64,000 nucleotides of DNA, from positions 832,001-896,000 of the forward strand of contig CAVZYA010000001.1 of NCBI GenBank assembly GCA_963779415.1, read 5' to 3'. Origin of the DNA: an uncultured Acidobacteriota bacterium. GTDB lineage: Bacteria; Acidobacteriota; Thermoanaerobaculia; UBA5066. This document shows positions 8,883 to 20,245 of the stretch, piece by piece. A model generated the notes under the pieces. The model was not told the DNA's origin and did no database searches. It saw nothing but the letters and a program-made list of their open reading frames with translations. Made by a program: the position numbers and the translations under genes. The stretch's first letter is position 1, and every line of letters starts with the position of its first letter.

Positions 8883-10385
8883 CTAGCGGCGGCCGGGCTT
8901 CGGCGACTGTGCGGCGAAGACCGCCTCCGTCTCGGGACCGTCGAAGATCTTCCCGTCGGGTCCCGTCAGGTGCCAGCTCACGAAGACCTTCGGCCGCGAG
9001 CCGCTCACCCGGATCGCATCGGTCTCCTTCACCTCTTCGGGAGCGAAGAGGTTCTCGAAGAGCCGCGCGACGACGGCATGCCCGAGGTTCGCGGGACGGT
9101 ACCCTTCCGCCTGAGACGAGAGGAGCTCGAAGCGGTCGAAGTCCCCGAGACGGACGGCCGAGAAGACTCCCCCTTCGACGCGCACCTGGACCCAGTTGTT
9201 GAGGCGCGAGAGGTCCGACGGAGTCACGGACGGATTCGCCACGCGCAGGGAGAATTCGGTCCAACCGGCGCCCGAGCTTCCGGAGAGCGCCTCGACCTGC
9301 AGCCTCAGATCGAGCGGCTTTCCGGTCAGGAGGTCGCGAACGGCCGAATAGCCGACGAGATGAGGATCGCGCGGGATCCCTTCGATCAGAAAGACGCGCC
9401 CGAGAAGCCGCGGAGCGTTCCAGCGGGAGGCGAGGCCGAGGAGCCGGACCGCCTCGGAAAAGCTGAGAAGCTGGAATCGCGCGGAGCCGCCGTCCGACGC
9501 GAGCCGGGAGTCCGCGAGGCGCGCGCCCGGCCGGATCCGGAAGGTGTAGAGGCTTCCCGCCTCCTCGGAGAGGACCTGCCCGAAGGAGAAGTCGAGCGAT
9601 CGGTCGGAGGAGAGCCCCGCCATTTCGCCGTCCGGAAGCCAGCGTCCGAGAAACGCCTTGCCGTCGCCGGCCCGGCCGAAGCCCCCCGGAGCGATCAGGA
9701 GGCGGAACGGAAGCGGCATCTCCTTCGCCGTCTCGTCGCTGATCTCGGGAACGAGACGGTCTCCCAGCTCGGGCCTTCGTCCGAAGGAGAAGAGCAGAGC
9801 CTCGTCGGCGACTCCAGCGAGCGGCTTCCACGAAGCCGGGGGCTCCGTCCCGCGCAGTGTCACCGACACCGGAAGGCCGCCGAGGCCGGACTTCATTGCC
9901 CGAATGGCGTCGGCGAGAGCCGATGCGTTCTCCGGAAGCGGATCGAGATGAAGGTGGATCCCCGCGATCTCCCCCCACCCCTTCGCCTCGGCGAGAATCG
10001 GAACGAGGGACCTGGCCCAGCTCTGCCCGAGGATGTCGCCTCCGCCCGAAGCGAGGACGGCCGCGGCCGAAGGTTCTCCGATGACGGAAAGGAAAACGGG
10101 ACGGGAGATCTTCGTGGGAGGCGGCGGCAGCGGCACGAGCTTCCCGTCCTTCCGGAGGGCGGCTGCGGCGACGTAGAGTCTCCCGATCCCCATCGCCGAT
10201 AGCTCCGTGTCGTTCTCGTCCGGCACCCAGGCCGGCGCGGCGGCGAGGAAGAGGGCGTCCCCCGTCGCCTTCGCCCCCCCGGAGGAGCGTCCCGGCGTCG
10301 CTCCCCGGCGGCACCCCGGGATGAACAGAAGAAGCACGGCCGCGGCGAGAGCCGCGGCCCGAAGCCGCCGCCGCAAGATCGTCAC
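8883..10385 (-). CDS. Hypothetical lipoprotein (500 aa)
   Basis: Basic N-terminus, hydrophobic stretch and lipobox-like IPGC; coding-like codon pattern; follows the kinase after a 7-bp gap. Confidence 0.65.
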   Translation of the reverse strand: MTILRRRLRAAALAAAVLLLFIPGCRRGATPGRSSGGAKATGDALFLAAAPAWVPDENDTELSAMGIGRLYVAAAALRKDGKLVPLPPPPTKISRPVFLSVIGEPSAAAVLASGGGDILGQSWARSLVPILAEAKGWGEIAGIHLHLDPLPENASALADAIRAMKSGLGGLPVSVTLRGTEPPASWKPLAGVADEALLFSFGRRPELGDRLVPEISDETAKEMPLPFRLLIAPGGFGRAGDGKAFLGRWLPDGEMAGLSSDRSLDFSFGQVLSEEAGSLYTFRIRPGARLADSRLASDGGSARFQLLSFSEAVRLLGLASRWNAPRLLGRVFLIEGIPRDPHLVGYSAVRDLLTGKPLDLRLQVEALSGSSGAGWTEFSLRVANPSVTPSDLSRLNNWVQVRVEGGVFSAVRLGDFDRFELLSSQAEGYRPANLGHAVVARLFENLFAPEEVKETDAIRVSGSRPKVFVSWHLTGPDGKIFDGPETEAVFAAQSPKPGRR

Positions 10386-10392
10386 GAAACGA

Positions 10393-13300
10393 TCATAGCG
10401 CCGGGAGAATGAATCCGACGACGAGGCCGCCCCCCTCTGCCGGGGCGGCGAAGACCGTGCCGCCGTGCCGCTCCACGGACCGCCGCACCGTCGCCAGACC
10501 CACGCCCGACCCTCGGGACTTCGTCGAAAAGGCCGGCTCGAAGAGCCGGTCTAGGCTGTCCCGCGTCAGGCCGGGCCCGTCGTCGGCGCAGGCGAAGCGA
10601 ATCCCTCTTCCACCGCTCGACAGCGTTGCCGGCGAGGCCGAGAGACGGATCGTCCCGGGCCGCGGGCCGATCGCTTCGAGCGCGTTCACGACGAGATTCG
10701 TCAGCGCGTCGCGGACGAGGATCGGGTCGGCGGCGACGGCGGGGAGATCCTCGGAGGCCTCGACGACGAGCCGGACGCTCTCGACGCCGGCGTAGTCCGA
10801 CGCGAGCCCCGAAAGAAGCGCCTTGACGCCCGCGGCGCCGAGAGGCCGGGGCTCGAGTGCGGAAGGGTCCGAGAAGCGGGCGAGCCGCCCGATCCGTTCC
10901 GTCAGGATCGCCACCTGGCGGAGAATGCTGGAGCCTGCCTCCGCGACCGCGCCGGGGGAAATCCCCCCGTCGCGGGCCGAGAGACGGACAAGCCGCTCGG
11001 CGGCGAGCCGGACGGGCGTGAGTGGGTTCTTCACGTCGTGCGCCACGGCGCGGGCCGCGTCGACCCACGCACCGAGCCGGTCCGCGCGGACGAACTCCGT
11101 CAGGTCCTCGAGAAGGAGGAGGGCTCGCGGGCCCGACTCGTCGGGCGACAGCTCCATCGCGACGACACGGAAGACGTGCCGCTTGCCGCCCGCGGCCACG
11201 GCAATCCGGCGCTCGACGGGCTCGCGCCGGCGCGCGGCTTCCTGGACGATCTCCCGGATCGGCTCCCAGGACGGATCGGCGAGCTTATCCGGAAGGGTCG
11301 CGCCGGGGATCAGGTCGTCGGCGGCGGGATTCGAGAGAAGGATCGTGCCGTCGGCGCGCCGGAAGAGAAGGACCGCAGCCGTCAGATTCGCCAGGAGGCC
11401 GACAGCCGTCTCGCGCTCGCGGGCGAGCGACTCCGTCCGCTCGCGCACGCGGGCGCCCATCGCCTCGAACGCCTCGACGAGACGCCGGAGGTCGACGTTG
11501 CGCGGGGGCTCGAGGGGCGGCGGCGCCGAGCCGGAGCCGATCTGCTCCGCGGCTCCGATCAGATCCTCGATCGGCTTGCCGAGCGCGAGGGCGGCCCGGC
11601 CGCCGAAGCCGAACGCGAGAAGCGCGACGGCCACGGCGAACAGGACGATCCCGTCCAGGGCCCCCCGCGCCGCCTCGTCCTCGGCGACGACGACGGCCAG
11701 GGAGTCCCTTGCCTCACTGTCCAGCGCTTCGGCCGCCTGGACGACGCGCGGCCCGGAACGCGTCCGCCGGAGGGCCGGAGAGGAAGCCTCGCGCTTGCCT
11801 TCAGCGAGCGCCTCGGCGACGGAGGCCTCGAGACGCCCCTCGGCCACCTCGGCGGTGACGGGAACGGCTCGCGAGGCGAAGGCCCTCGCGCCATCCCGAT
11901 AGAGGAAGAGGTCGCTGCCGACGACGGCGGCGGCCCGGTTCAGCTCTGCGGGCCCCGCGACGCCTGCGGGCTGCGCTTCGAGCGCCCGCCGTCCCTCGGC
12001 AAGGAGGTTCCGGGCCCGGAGGACGGTATCCCGGGCGGAGTGGCGGTCGAGCGCGAGTCGGATGACGACGACGCTCCCTGCGAGCGGCAGCGCGCCGAAG
12101 AGGACGACGAGGGTCACGAGGCGCGCGCGATAGGTCCGGAGAAGCGGCCCACGATCCCGTCCGACCCGCCGACCCGGCCCGGTCCCGGCCACGAGCACGA
12201 GAAAGACGATCGGGAGGGCCGATTCCGCCGCCGCCACGGCGGCGCCGAGCGAGAGGAGGACCGGCTCGCCGGGAGCCACGAACGCCACGAACCCCGGAGA
12301 GCGCTCCCGGACGCGGAGGCGGAGGAGCCCCTCGGACGTGAAAAGCTGGCCGAGCGCGAGGCCCTTTCGCCGTGCCTCCTCGCACAGCCGTTCCGGAAGC
12401 TCGACCGGATCGGCGCGCGTGACCCCGCTCGCCCGCCCGGCCGCGTCGTACTCGAACCGCTCGACGAGAACCGGCGACAGGAGAGGGTCCGCGGCCACGT
12501 CCGCCAGAAGCGGATCGCGGTCCAACTCGCGCGGCCACGGCACCCGCACCCACTCGGCCGCGAACGGAACCGGGAGCCGGGCGCTCTCGAGCGTGCCGCG
12601 CGAGTCCGCTCCCGGACGCGTGACGCCGAACGCGGAGACGACCTTCCCCCCGGAGTCGCGAAGGCGAAGGACGTCGCCCGGACCGGGGAACGACTCCGAG
12701 GCCCCGCGGACGAAGAGAGCGCGTGCGAGGTCGGAGACGAGCGTCCGCCGGCCCGCCGGAAGCCAGATATCCGGCCCGGACGTTCGAAGCCGCTCCTCCC
12801 ACTCCCGCACCGCCGCGCCTCCATCCCCGCCCGGGTCCCTGCCGTCCGCCTCTTCGAGCGCCGCGTCGATCCGCCTCATCTTCCCGTGGGAAAGGCCGAC
12901 GCCGGCCGAGGCGGCGGCCCCGGCGACGAGGAACGCCGCCGTCGCGGCGCGACCGAGGAGGTCGCGTCCGCCGTCGGAATGTCGCCGACGCGCCAGGACG
13001 AGGCCGAGTGTCACCCCGCCGAGGCCCGCGAAGAGCGCGCCGGAGCGCGTCGCCTCGCTTCCTCCGGCGACGACGAGGAGAGTGGTCCCCGCGGCGAGAA
13101 GGAGTCCCGGCTTCAGCCGGCCGGCGAAGCGGCTCCAGAGAAGCGCCGTCGCGCCGACGGAGCTCGTCGCGAGAAGAAGGCCTCCGGACTGAAGGAAAAA
13201 GACAGCCGCGCTCTCCGGCACGAGGTCCATCGACGAGAAGAGGTCCGGGAAGAGCTCGCCGACGGCGCGGCCGAGGAGATAAGGAAGGAGCGCCAGCGGA

Positions 13301-14266
13301 AGTCCCGCGAGGAGGCGGACCGGCGCACGCCACGCGACGCGCCGGCCGTCCCCCCAGGCGATGCGGAGCAGGGCAAGCGCGAGGAGCCCGGTGAGAAAGA
13401 CGTCGGCGGGAGTCGCGAGGAGCCCGAAGTCGAGGGAGCCCGCGGAGCCGAGCGACCGCCAGAGACCCGACTCCCCGCGAGGGGCGCCGAAAAGAAGGGC
13501 GAGGCGCGACAGGAGAAGGGACGGCGCGAGGCGTCGCGCGGCGAGGCCGAATGCGATCCAGAGCGCTGCCGCCCCCAGCGCAGGGATGCGGGCGCGAGCA
13601 CGCTCGGCATCGTCGCGAAGAAGCGCGGGATCCGAAGGCTCCGAAAAGAGCCGGACCAGCCGTCCCGCGACGCCCGAGGCGGCGGCATGGATCCGGGCAC
13701 GCGTCGGCGAGCCCGGGAGATCGAAGAACTCGATCAGGTCCGGGCGGAGCAGGCCGGTCGGGTAGCGCCGGGAGACGATGAGAAGGCCGCGTCGCTCACC
13801 CGCCACGATTCGAACCGAGCTCCACGCCACGGTGAAGCGAACCGAATGGAACGAGGCGGCGACTCCTCCGTTCGCGGCGTCCGAGGTCCTCCTCGATCTC
13901 GACCGGCTCGCCCGCCCAGGCGACCGCGCGATCCGTGGCGTCCGCGAAGAGGATCCCCCAGCCCGGTCCCGTGGGGAGCGCGCCGGCAAGGATCGAGAAG
14001 AGCCTCGCGGGGCGCACTTCCGCGCCCCCTCCGTCCACGACCCCGGCGAAAGCGGGCGATCTCTGGAGGGAGGAAGCGACCTCCGCCATCCGCTTCGCGT
14101 CGCCGTCGAGCGCGGCGCCCGCCTCGCGGAGGAACCGCTCCTCGCGGTCCCGAAGAGTCGCCTCGGAGACCGGCAGGACGCGAGCCACCGCCGCCGCCAG
14201 AAGTGCGAGAACGGCGGCCGCGAGGAGCCGGGCGTGGCGGGGGCGCCCGCCGGGGGCGCCGCTCAA
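10393..14266 (-). CDS. Large multi-TM sensor histidine kinase (NtrY-like, HAMP-PAS-HisKA-HATPase); frameshift near 13880
   Basis: H-box [11 protein letters not shown]-box NLVVNA, DDGPG, FSTK..GSGVGL; the N-terminal [12 protein letters not shown]...VAWAGEP segment lies in another frame starting at TTG 14266, overlapping the hutU stop. Confidence 0.82.
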
Positions 14267-15948
14267 CGGCGCATCGGGACGACGAGACCGGTTCGCGCGG
14301 CGCACGCGATCGCCTCCGGATACCCGGCGTCCGCATGCCGAAGGACGCCCGTGGCCGGGTCCGTCGAGAGGACGCGCGCGAGGCGCCGCGAGGCGCCCTC
14401 CGTGCCGTCGGCCACGACGACCATCCCCGCGTGCACCGAGTAGCCGATCCCGACGCCGCCTCCGTGATGGATGGAGACCCACGTCGCTCCGGCGGCGGTA
14501 TTCACGAGCGCGTTGAGAAGCGGCCAGTCGGCGATGGCGTCGCTCCCGTCGCGCATCCCCTCCGTCTCCCGGTTCGGAGACGCGACGGAGCCGGCGTCGA
14601 GGTGGTCGCGCCCGATCACGATCGGCGCCTTCACGCGCCCCGACCGGACCAGTTCGTTGAAGGCGAGGCCGGCCTTGGCCCTCTCGCCGTATCCGAGCCA
14701 GCAGATCCGCGCCGGAAGGCCCTGATAGGCGACCCGCTCGCGGGCGAGCCGGATCCACCGGGCGAGGGCCTCGTTCGCCGGGAAAAGATCGAGGACCGCG
14801 CGGTCCGTCGCCTCGATGTCGGCGGGGTCCCCGGAGAGCGCCGCCCAGCGGAACGGCCCTTTCCCTTCGCAGAAGAGGGGACGGATGTACCGGGGAACGA
14901 ACCCCTCGATCTCGAAGGCGCGCTTCTCGCCCGCCTTCTCGGCCTGCCCGCGGAGGTTGTTGCCGTAGTCGAAGGTGACGGCCCCGCGCGCCTTGAGCAC
15001 CAGCATCGCCGCCACGTGCGCCGCCATCGACCGGCCGGCGCGGCGCCGGTACTCCTCCGGGTCGGCCGAACGGAGCCGCAGTGCCTCCTCGTAGGGGAGG
15101 CCGTGGGGGACGTAGCCGTTCAGCTCGTCGTGGGCCGAGGTCTGGTCCGTCAGGATGTCGGGGACGATTCCGCGTGCGATGAGCCGCTCGAGAAGGTCGA
15201 CGGCGTTGGCCCGGACTCCGACCGAGACCGCCTCTCCCCCGTCGCGTGCCGCGAGCGCGCGGTCGATCGCCGCGTCGAGGTCGTCGAGGCGTTCGTCGAG
15301 GTACCGCGTCGCGCGGCGCTTCTCGATCCGGGCGGCGTCCACTTCGGCGATGAGCGCGGATCCCCCGTTCATCGTGACGGCGAGCGGCTGGGCGCCTCCC
15401 ATGCCGCCGAGCCCCGCCGTCACGGTGAGGCGGCCCCGGAGCGATCCGTCCGCCGACCCGAGGTCCTTCCGTCCGGCCGCGGCGAACGTCTCGAAAGTCC
15501 CCTGCAGGATCCCCTGGGTCCCGATGTAGATCCACGACCCCGCCGTCATCTGGCCGAACATGGTCAGCCCGAGCGCCTCGAGCCGCCGGAACTCGTCCCA
15601 CGTCCCCCACTTCGGGACGAGGTTCGCGTTCGCGATCAGGACGCGCGGCGCGTCGGCGTGCGTCGCGAGAACGCCGACCGGTTTTCCCGACTGGACGAGG
15701 AGCGTCTCGTCGTCCCCCAGCTGCCGCAGCTCCCGGAGGATCGCCTCGAGGCACTCCGGATTACGGGCGGCCTTCCCCGAGCCGCCGTAGACGACGAGGT
15801 CTTCCCGCCGCTCGGCCACCTCGGGATCGAGGTTGTTCAGGAGCATCCGGTACGCCGCTTCGGTCGACCAGGAACGGCAGGTGCGGACGGTCCCCCTCGG
15901 ACATACCGGCGGGGCATACCGAACGGGGAGCGAGGCGGCATGGCTCAT
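14263..15948 (-). CDS. hutU: Urocanate hydratase
   Basis: [56 protein letters not shown]. Confidence 0.97.
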   Translation of the reverse strand: MSHAASLPVRYAPPVCPRGTVRTCRSWSTEAAYRMLLNNLDPEVAERREDLVVYGGSGKAARNPECLEAILRELRQLGDDETLLVQSGKPVGVLATHADAPRVLIANANLVPKWGTWDEFRRLEALGLTMFGQMTAGSWIYIGTQGILQGTFETFAAAGRKDLGSADGSLRGRLTVTAGLGGMGGAQPLAVTMNGGSALIAEVDAARIEKRRATRYLDERLDDLDAAIDRALAARDGGEAVSVGVRANAVDLLERLIARGIVPDILTDQTSAHDELNGYVPHGLPYEEALRLRSADPEEYRRRAGRSMAAHVAAMLVLKARGAVTFDYGNNLRGQAEKAGEKRAFEIEGFVPRYIRPLFCEGKGPFRWAALSGDPADIEATDRAVLDLFPANEALARWIRLARERVAYQGLPARICWLGYGERAKAGLAFNELVRSGRVKAPIVIGRDHLDAGSVASPNRETEGMRDGSDAIADWPLLNALVNTAAGATWVSIHHGGGVGIGYSVHAGMVVVADGTEGASRRLARVLSTDPATGVLRHADAGYPEAIACAARTGLVVPMRR

Positions 15949-16009
15949 CTGTCCCTCCGCTCCGATGTTAGTCGCCGAAGCCCCGCCGTGAAGCGACGCG
16001 AAGGAGCCC

Positions 16010-16037
16010 TTGACTTTTTTACGCGACGCGTTATATT
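16010..16037 (+). promoter_or_regulatory. Sigma70-type promoter for the phaR-like gene
   Basis: TTGACT (16010-16015), 16-bp spacer, TATATT (16032-16037), 8 nt before ATG 16046. Confidence 0.65.
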
Positions 16038-16045
16038 GTCCGGCA

Positions 16046-16657
16046 ATGGCTAACCCGACTGTCCGCCGGATCGTCCGGTACCGCAACCGCAAGCTCTACG
16101 AGTCCTCCGAGCGTCGCTTCGTCACGATCCACGACCTCGCCCGCAGCGTCTCGGAAGGGAACCGGGTGGAGGTCATCGACGCCGACAGCGGCGGCGACAT
16201 CACCGCGAAGATCCTTTCGCGGGCCCTCGCGTCGGGGAAGTCCCCCGTCACGGCGACGACGGACACGCTCACGCGCATCCTGCAGGCCGGGAGCGACGCC
16301 GCCCAGACGGTGGCCGAGGTCGTCGAGAAGGTCGGCGGAACCCGCGTGGCCGAGACCGTCCGCCGGGCCGCGCAGCCCGACCGGCTCGCCGAGACCCTCT
16401 CCCCCATCACGCGCCGCATCGACGAGGCGCGGCGTGACATGGAGCGCCTTGTCGGCGGCCTCGTCGAGAAGGGCCGCCTGAGCTGGGACGAGGCGAGCCT
16501 TCACAAGGAGATCGCCGAGCTGAAGCTCCGTCTCGCGCAGCTCGAGGCCATCGCCGGAGAGGCGCGGCGTCGCAAGGCACCCGTCGTCCCCCACGTTCCG
16601 AACCGGGAATCCGGACGCGACGCGTCCCTCCCGAAGTCACGAAGGAGAACCGCATGA
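16046..16657 (+). CDS. PHA synthesis regulator (PhaR-type DNA-binding domain) with coiled-coil C-terminus
   Basis: [37 protein letters not shown] matches the PhaR N-terminal domain pattern. Confidence 0.82.
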   Translation: MANPTVRRIVRYRNRKLYESSERRFVTIHDLARSVSEGNRVEVIDADSGGDITAKILSRALASGKSPVTATTDTLTRILQAGSDAAQTVAEVVEKVGGTRVAETVRRAAQPDRLAETLSPITRRIDEARRDMERLVGGLVEKGRLSWDEASLHKEIAELKLRLAQLEAIAGEARRRKAPVVPHVPNRESGRDASLPKSRRRTA

Positions 16658-17052
16658 GAAAGCCGATGCACAAGTCCGCCCCCCTTCCCGAGATCGTCGC
16701 CAGCTCCCTCGACGGCGCCCTCAAGGCCGCGACCGAGAAGGTCGAGGTCCTCTCGGCCGACGCCAAGGCAGCGGCCACGAAGGTCGAGAAGAGCGTCCGC
16801 ACCGTGGCGAACCGCCTCAACTTCGACGTGAACAAGGCCCGGCGCGGTGCGGCCCGCTATGCCGAGGACCTGACGAAGAAGGTGAACGGCACCTTCGAAG
16901 GCCTGATTTCCGAGACCCTCCACCGCCTCAACGTCCCGACGCGCCGGGAGCTGAAGGACCTGACCAACAAGGTCGAAGTCCTCGGCCGGAAGATCGACGG
17001 CCTCGCCGCGGTCCGCCGCGGCGCGATGAAGCGCGTTCGCCGCGCCGCCTGA
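16654..17052 (+). CDS. Phasin / poly-granule-associated protein (PhaF/PhaI-like)
   Basis: Amphipathic helical protein ending LHRLNVPTRRELKDLTNKVEVL; ATGA-coupled to the regulator. Confidence 0.75.
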   Translation: MRKPMHKSAPLPEIVASSLDGALKAATEKVEVLSADAKAAATKVEKSVRTVANRLNFDVNKARRGAARYAEDLTKKVNGTFEGLISETLHRLNVPTRRELKDLTNKVEVLGRKIDGLAAVRRGAMKRVRRAA

Positions 17053-17081
17053 TCGCGGCGGCAGAAATCGACTACACTCGC

Positions 17082-17118
17082 GGGCGCTGGCTTCGGAGAA
17101 AAGCAGCGCCCTTTTTTT
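17082..17118 (+). terminator. Rho-independent terminator after the phasin
   Basis: Stem GGGCGCTG...CAGCGCCC followed by T7. Confidence 0.8.
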
Positions 17119-17123
17119 ATCGC

Positions 17124-18410
17124 GTGGCGAACCGTCGAGCACGACGTCCCCTGCAGCTTGTACCGGGTCTTCAGCCGAAGGACCCGATCGGCCGGCCTTC
17201 CGCTCCCGTCCGGGGCCGCCTGGCCGTCGCATGCGCCGGGGGCGGCGTGACGGGCGCCATTTACGAGATCGGCGTCCTCGCGGCCCTCGAGGAGCGCCTC
17301 GAGAACGCCTCGCTGACCGACTTCGACGTCTTCATCGGCGTGTCCGCGGGCGCCTATATCAGCGCCCTCCTGGCCAACGGCATCACGCCCGGCGTCCTCT
17401 ACCGGAACGTCACGCGAGCCGCCCGGTCCCGGACCGACATCGACGACCTCGCCCTTTTCCGTCTCAACACCCAGGAGATCCTGCTCCGCCTCGTGAAGGC
17501 GCCGGTCACGATCCTCGACGCGGCCTGGGACTACTACAAGAACAGTCACGAAACGACCCTCACCGACGTCGTCTCGTCTCTCGGGGCGCTCCTCCCCTCC
17601 GGTATCTTCAGCAACGAGGGACTGGAGTCCTGGCTCGCGACGTGGCTCGACCATCCGGGCCGGACGAACGACTTCCGGAAGCTGAAGAAGACCCTCCGGA
17701 TCGTCGCCGTCGACCTCAACACCGGCGAGGCCGCCACGTTCGGCGCGCCCGGACTCGACGCCGTCCCGATCTCGAAGGCCGTCGCCGCCTCGTGCGCCGT
17801 TCCCGGTCTCTACAAGCCGGTCCGGATCGACGGCGTCGACTACATCGACGGGGGCGTCCGTAAGACGGCTCACCTCTCCCTCGCGTTCCAGGAACGCTGC
17901 GGGCTGGCGATCTGCGTGAACCCGATCGTCCCTCTCCGCTTCCTCCCGCCGGGCGAAGCGTCCGGCACGAACGGACGGAGCGATCTGAAGCAGGGAGGCC
18001 TCGCGACGATTTTCGATCAGGTGTTCCGCGTGACCCTCCATTCGAGGATGAACTACGGGATGTCGCGCTACCGGCGCGAAGACCCCGAAGCCGACATCCT
18101 CCTGTTCGAGCCGCGGGCGGAGGATCTTCCCCGGGTCATGCGGAACATCATGCGCACGTCCGGCCGGATCCGGATCGCCGAGTACGCCTATCGGACGACG
18201 ATGCAGACGATCGAAGCCGATTACCCCCGGCTCCGGCGGCTCTTCGCCCGCCACGGGCTGAAGCTCCGGCCGGCCTCGGCCGTCGACGGCTCTCGAATCA
18301 ACCTTCAGGCCGACCGCTCCGAGGAGGCCGTTCCCGTCCGCCTCCGGGCGCAGCTCGAGACGCTGGAGCAGGACCTCAACAGGCTGGCGGCCGACGCCGG
18401 ACGGCGCTGA
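17124..18410 (+). CDS. Patatin-like phospholipase/esterase
   Basis: GGGVTG oxyanion loop, GVSAG nucleophile, DGG motif. Confidence 0.88.
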   Translation: MANRRARRPLQLVPGLQPKDPIGRPSAPVRGRLAVACAGGGVTGAIYEIGVLAALEERLENASLTDFDVFIGVSAGAYISALLANGITPGVLYRNVTRAARSRTDIDDLALFRLNTQEILLRLVKAPVTILDAAWDYYKNSHETTLTDVVSSLGALLPSGIFSNEGLESWLATWLDHPGRTNDFRKLKKTLRIVAVDLNTGEAATFGAPGLDAVPISKAVAASCAVPGLYKPVRIDGVDYIDGGVRKTAHLSLAFQERCGLAICVNPIVPLRFLPPGEASGTNGRSDLKQGGLATIFDQVFRVTLHSRMNYGMSRYRREDPEADILLFEPRAEDLPRVMRNIMRTSGRIRIAEYAYRTTMQTIEADYPRLRRLFARHGLKLRPASAVDGSRINLQADRSEEAVPVRLRAQLETLEQDLNRLAADAGRR

Positions 18411-18419
18411 CCCCGGCGC

Positions 18420-19100
18420 TCAGAGTTCGCCTCCCCCCGCGATCTCCTCGATCCGGTCCACCTCGAAGACGTGCGCCCCGGCGATTGCCTGCCGCGCGAC
18501 CGCGACCATCGCCTTCGCGACGTCGGCGGCCGCGACCGCCCGGAACCGGCGGAGGGGGCCCACCATGGCGAATGAGAGGGCGGAGACTGCCGCCACGCCG
18601 ATCCGTTCGAGGGGACGATTCTCCGCCCGCTTCCCGGCGAGAAGCGAGGGACGGAAGATCTGGATCCCGGCGAACGGAAGCTTCCGGACGGCCTCTTCGG
18701 CCTCGCCCTTCACACGGCTGTAAAAGAGGTTCGAAGAGGGATCGGCTCCGAGCGCGCTGACGAGGAGAAACTGCTGTGCGCCGCTGACCGCCGCAAGGCG
18801 CGCCGTCTCGGCGACATAGGTGAAATCCACCTTGTGAAACTCGCGCTGCGATCCGGCCGCGGCGATCGTCGTGCCGAGAGCGCAGAAGACGTCCGTCACG
18901 CGCGGGAATCCGGAAAGCTGGCCGAGCCGGTCGAAGTCGACCAGCCGGGCGACGAGCTTCGGATGGGTCCCCGGAACCCGGCGTCTCGCCAGGACGACGA
19001 CCTGACTCCAGGTGTCGTCCTCGAGAAGAAGCCGGAGGCAGTGCCCGCCGACGAGTCCCGTCGCCCCCACGAGCAGGGCGGTCCGGCGGGAGCGTGTCAC
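18420..19100 (-). CDS. NAD(P)-binding oxidoreductase (TIP30/YraR-like)
   Basis: GATGLVG, FCALGTT, YSRVKGEAE, RPSLL. Confidence 0.82.
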   Translation of the reverse strand: MTRSRRTALLVGATGLVGGHCLRLLLEDDTWSQVVVLARRRVPGTHPKLVARLVDFDRLGQLSGFPRVTDVFCALGTTIAAAGSQREFHKVDFTYVAETARLAAVSGAQQFLLVSALGADPSSNLFYSRVKGEAEEAVRKLPFAGIQIFRPSLLAGKRAENRPLERIGVAAVSALSFAMVGPLRRFRAVAAADVAKAMVAVARQAIAGAHVFEVDRIEEIAGGGEL

Positions 19101-20245
19101 TCGCCCGTAAAGAGATCCCCTCGGCGGGTCAGGCGCGAGTCGATCATGGTCTGAAGAGTCGTTCGGACCTTGTCGGCGAGCTCGTTAACGATCATCGGCC
19201 GCTCCGCGAGACCCGGCTGGCGGTCGAAGACGATCGGCTTTCCGAAATCGATCCACCATTTCGTCGGGAGCGGGACCGTCCCGAGAAGCCCGAGCGCAGG
19301 GAAGAACGGCGTGACGGGAAAGTACGGAAGGCCGATCGGCCGTCCGACGAAGTCGAGCCTCATGAGGTTCGGGTAGATTTCCTCCGCCCCGACGACGGAG
19401 ACCGGAATGATCGGCGCTCCCGTCCGGAGCGCCAGCCGGACGAACCCGCCGCGGCCGAAGCGCGCGAGGCGGTACCGGTCGCGGAAGAGCTTCCCTACCC
19501 CCTTGATCCCTTCCGGAAAGACGCCCACCAGCTCGTCGCGCGCGAGAAGACGCTCGGCGTTCTCGGGGCACGCCCGGACCTCCCCCATTTGACGAAGCCA
19601 CGGCTGGAGGAACGGAAGCGTCGTGAACATGTCGAGGACCAGCATCCTCGCCTCGCGACGCGAGGGATGCTCGAGCCTCAGCCCCGTCTTGACCATTGCT
19701 CCGTCCCACGGCAGGACGCCCGAGTGGTTCGCGACGAGAAGCGCGCGGCCCGTCCCGGGGACGTTCTCAAAACCGGAGGAGGTGACGCGCCACCAGACCC
19801 GGTAGAGAAACTCGAAGAGGGGCCACCAGGTCTTCGCGGCCGGTTCGTCGAAGCCGAAGTCGTCGAGGTCCAGCGTCCGGGCGCGGTGGCGGAAGAGATT
19901 CCAGAGGTCGACGGCCGAACGGGGTGAGTCGACCGAAGGGTGGTCCCGCACGAATCGGGCGGCCTCGCCGAGCAGTTCGGCGAGGAATCCTTCCGGCAGC
20001 CGGTCGAGAAGGCTCGGCGTGAAGGGGACCGCCCGCGGCGAACGCTCTCCGACATGGCGCGGGCGCGCCGTCAGATGCTCCGAGGGGCGCCGCGGAAGGG
20101 TCGCCGGCCTCCGGACCGGGGGGGACGCCGGGGCTTCCGGCGGGGAGATCGGCGTCTTCGGCTGGAGGAGCTTCGACCCCTCGAACGGATCGTCCGATCC
20201 CGGATCCGGCGCGCCCGCGGCGCGCCTTCCTGCCGCCTCGCTCAC
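19097..20245 (-). CDS. Lysophospholipid/glycerol acyltransferase (PlsC superfamily, Rv0502-like)
   Basis: ANHSGVLPWD, VFPEG, GRGGFVRLAL; GTG start at 20245 overlaps the upstream stop. Confidence 0.85.
   Translation of the reverse strand: MSEAAGRRAAGAPDPGSDDPFEGSKLLQPKTPISPPEAPASPPVRRPATLPRRPSEHLTARPRHVGERSPRAVPFTPSLLDRLPEGFLAELLGEAARFVRDHPSVDSPRSAVDLWNLFRHRARTLDLDDFGFDEPAAKTWWPLFEFLYRVWWRVTSSGFENVPGTGRALLVANHSGVLPWDGAMVKTGLRLEHPSRREARMLVLDMFTTLPFLQPWLRQMGEVRACPENAERLLARDELVGVFPEGIKGVGKLFRDRYRLARFGRGGFVRLALRTGAPIIPVSVVGAEEIYPNLMRLDFVGRPIGLPYFPVTPFFPALGLLGTVPLPTKWWIDFGKPIVFDRQPGLAERPMIVNELADKVRTTLQTMIDSRLTRRGDLFTGE

Noticed and set aside
11038-16053. Very long antisense or alternate-frame ORFs (also 51-1712, 2888-6598, 2919-6539, 29105-31474, 40321-42408)
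   Set aside because: Arg/Pro/Gly-rich shadows of real genes; stop codons are scarce in high-GC DNA
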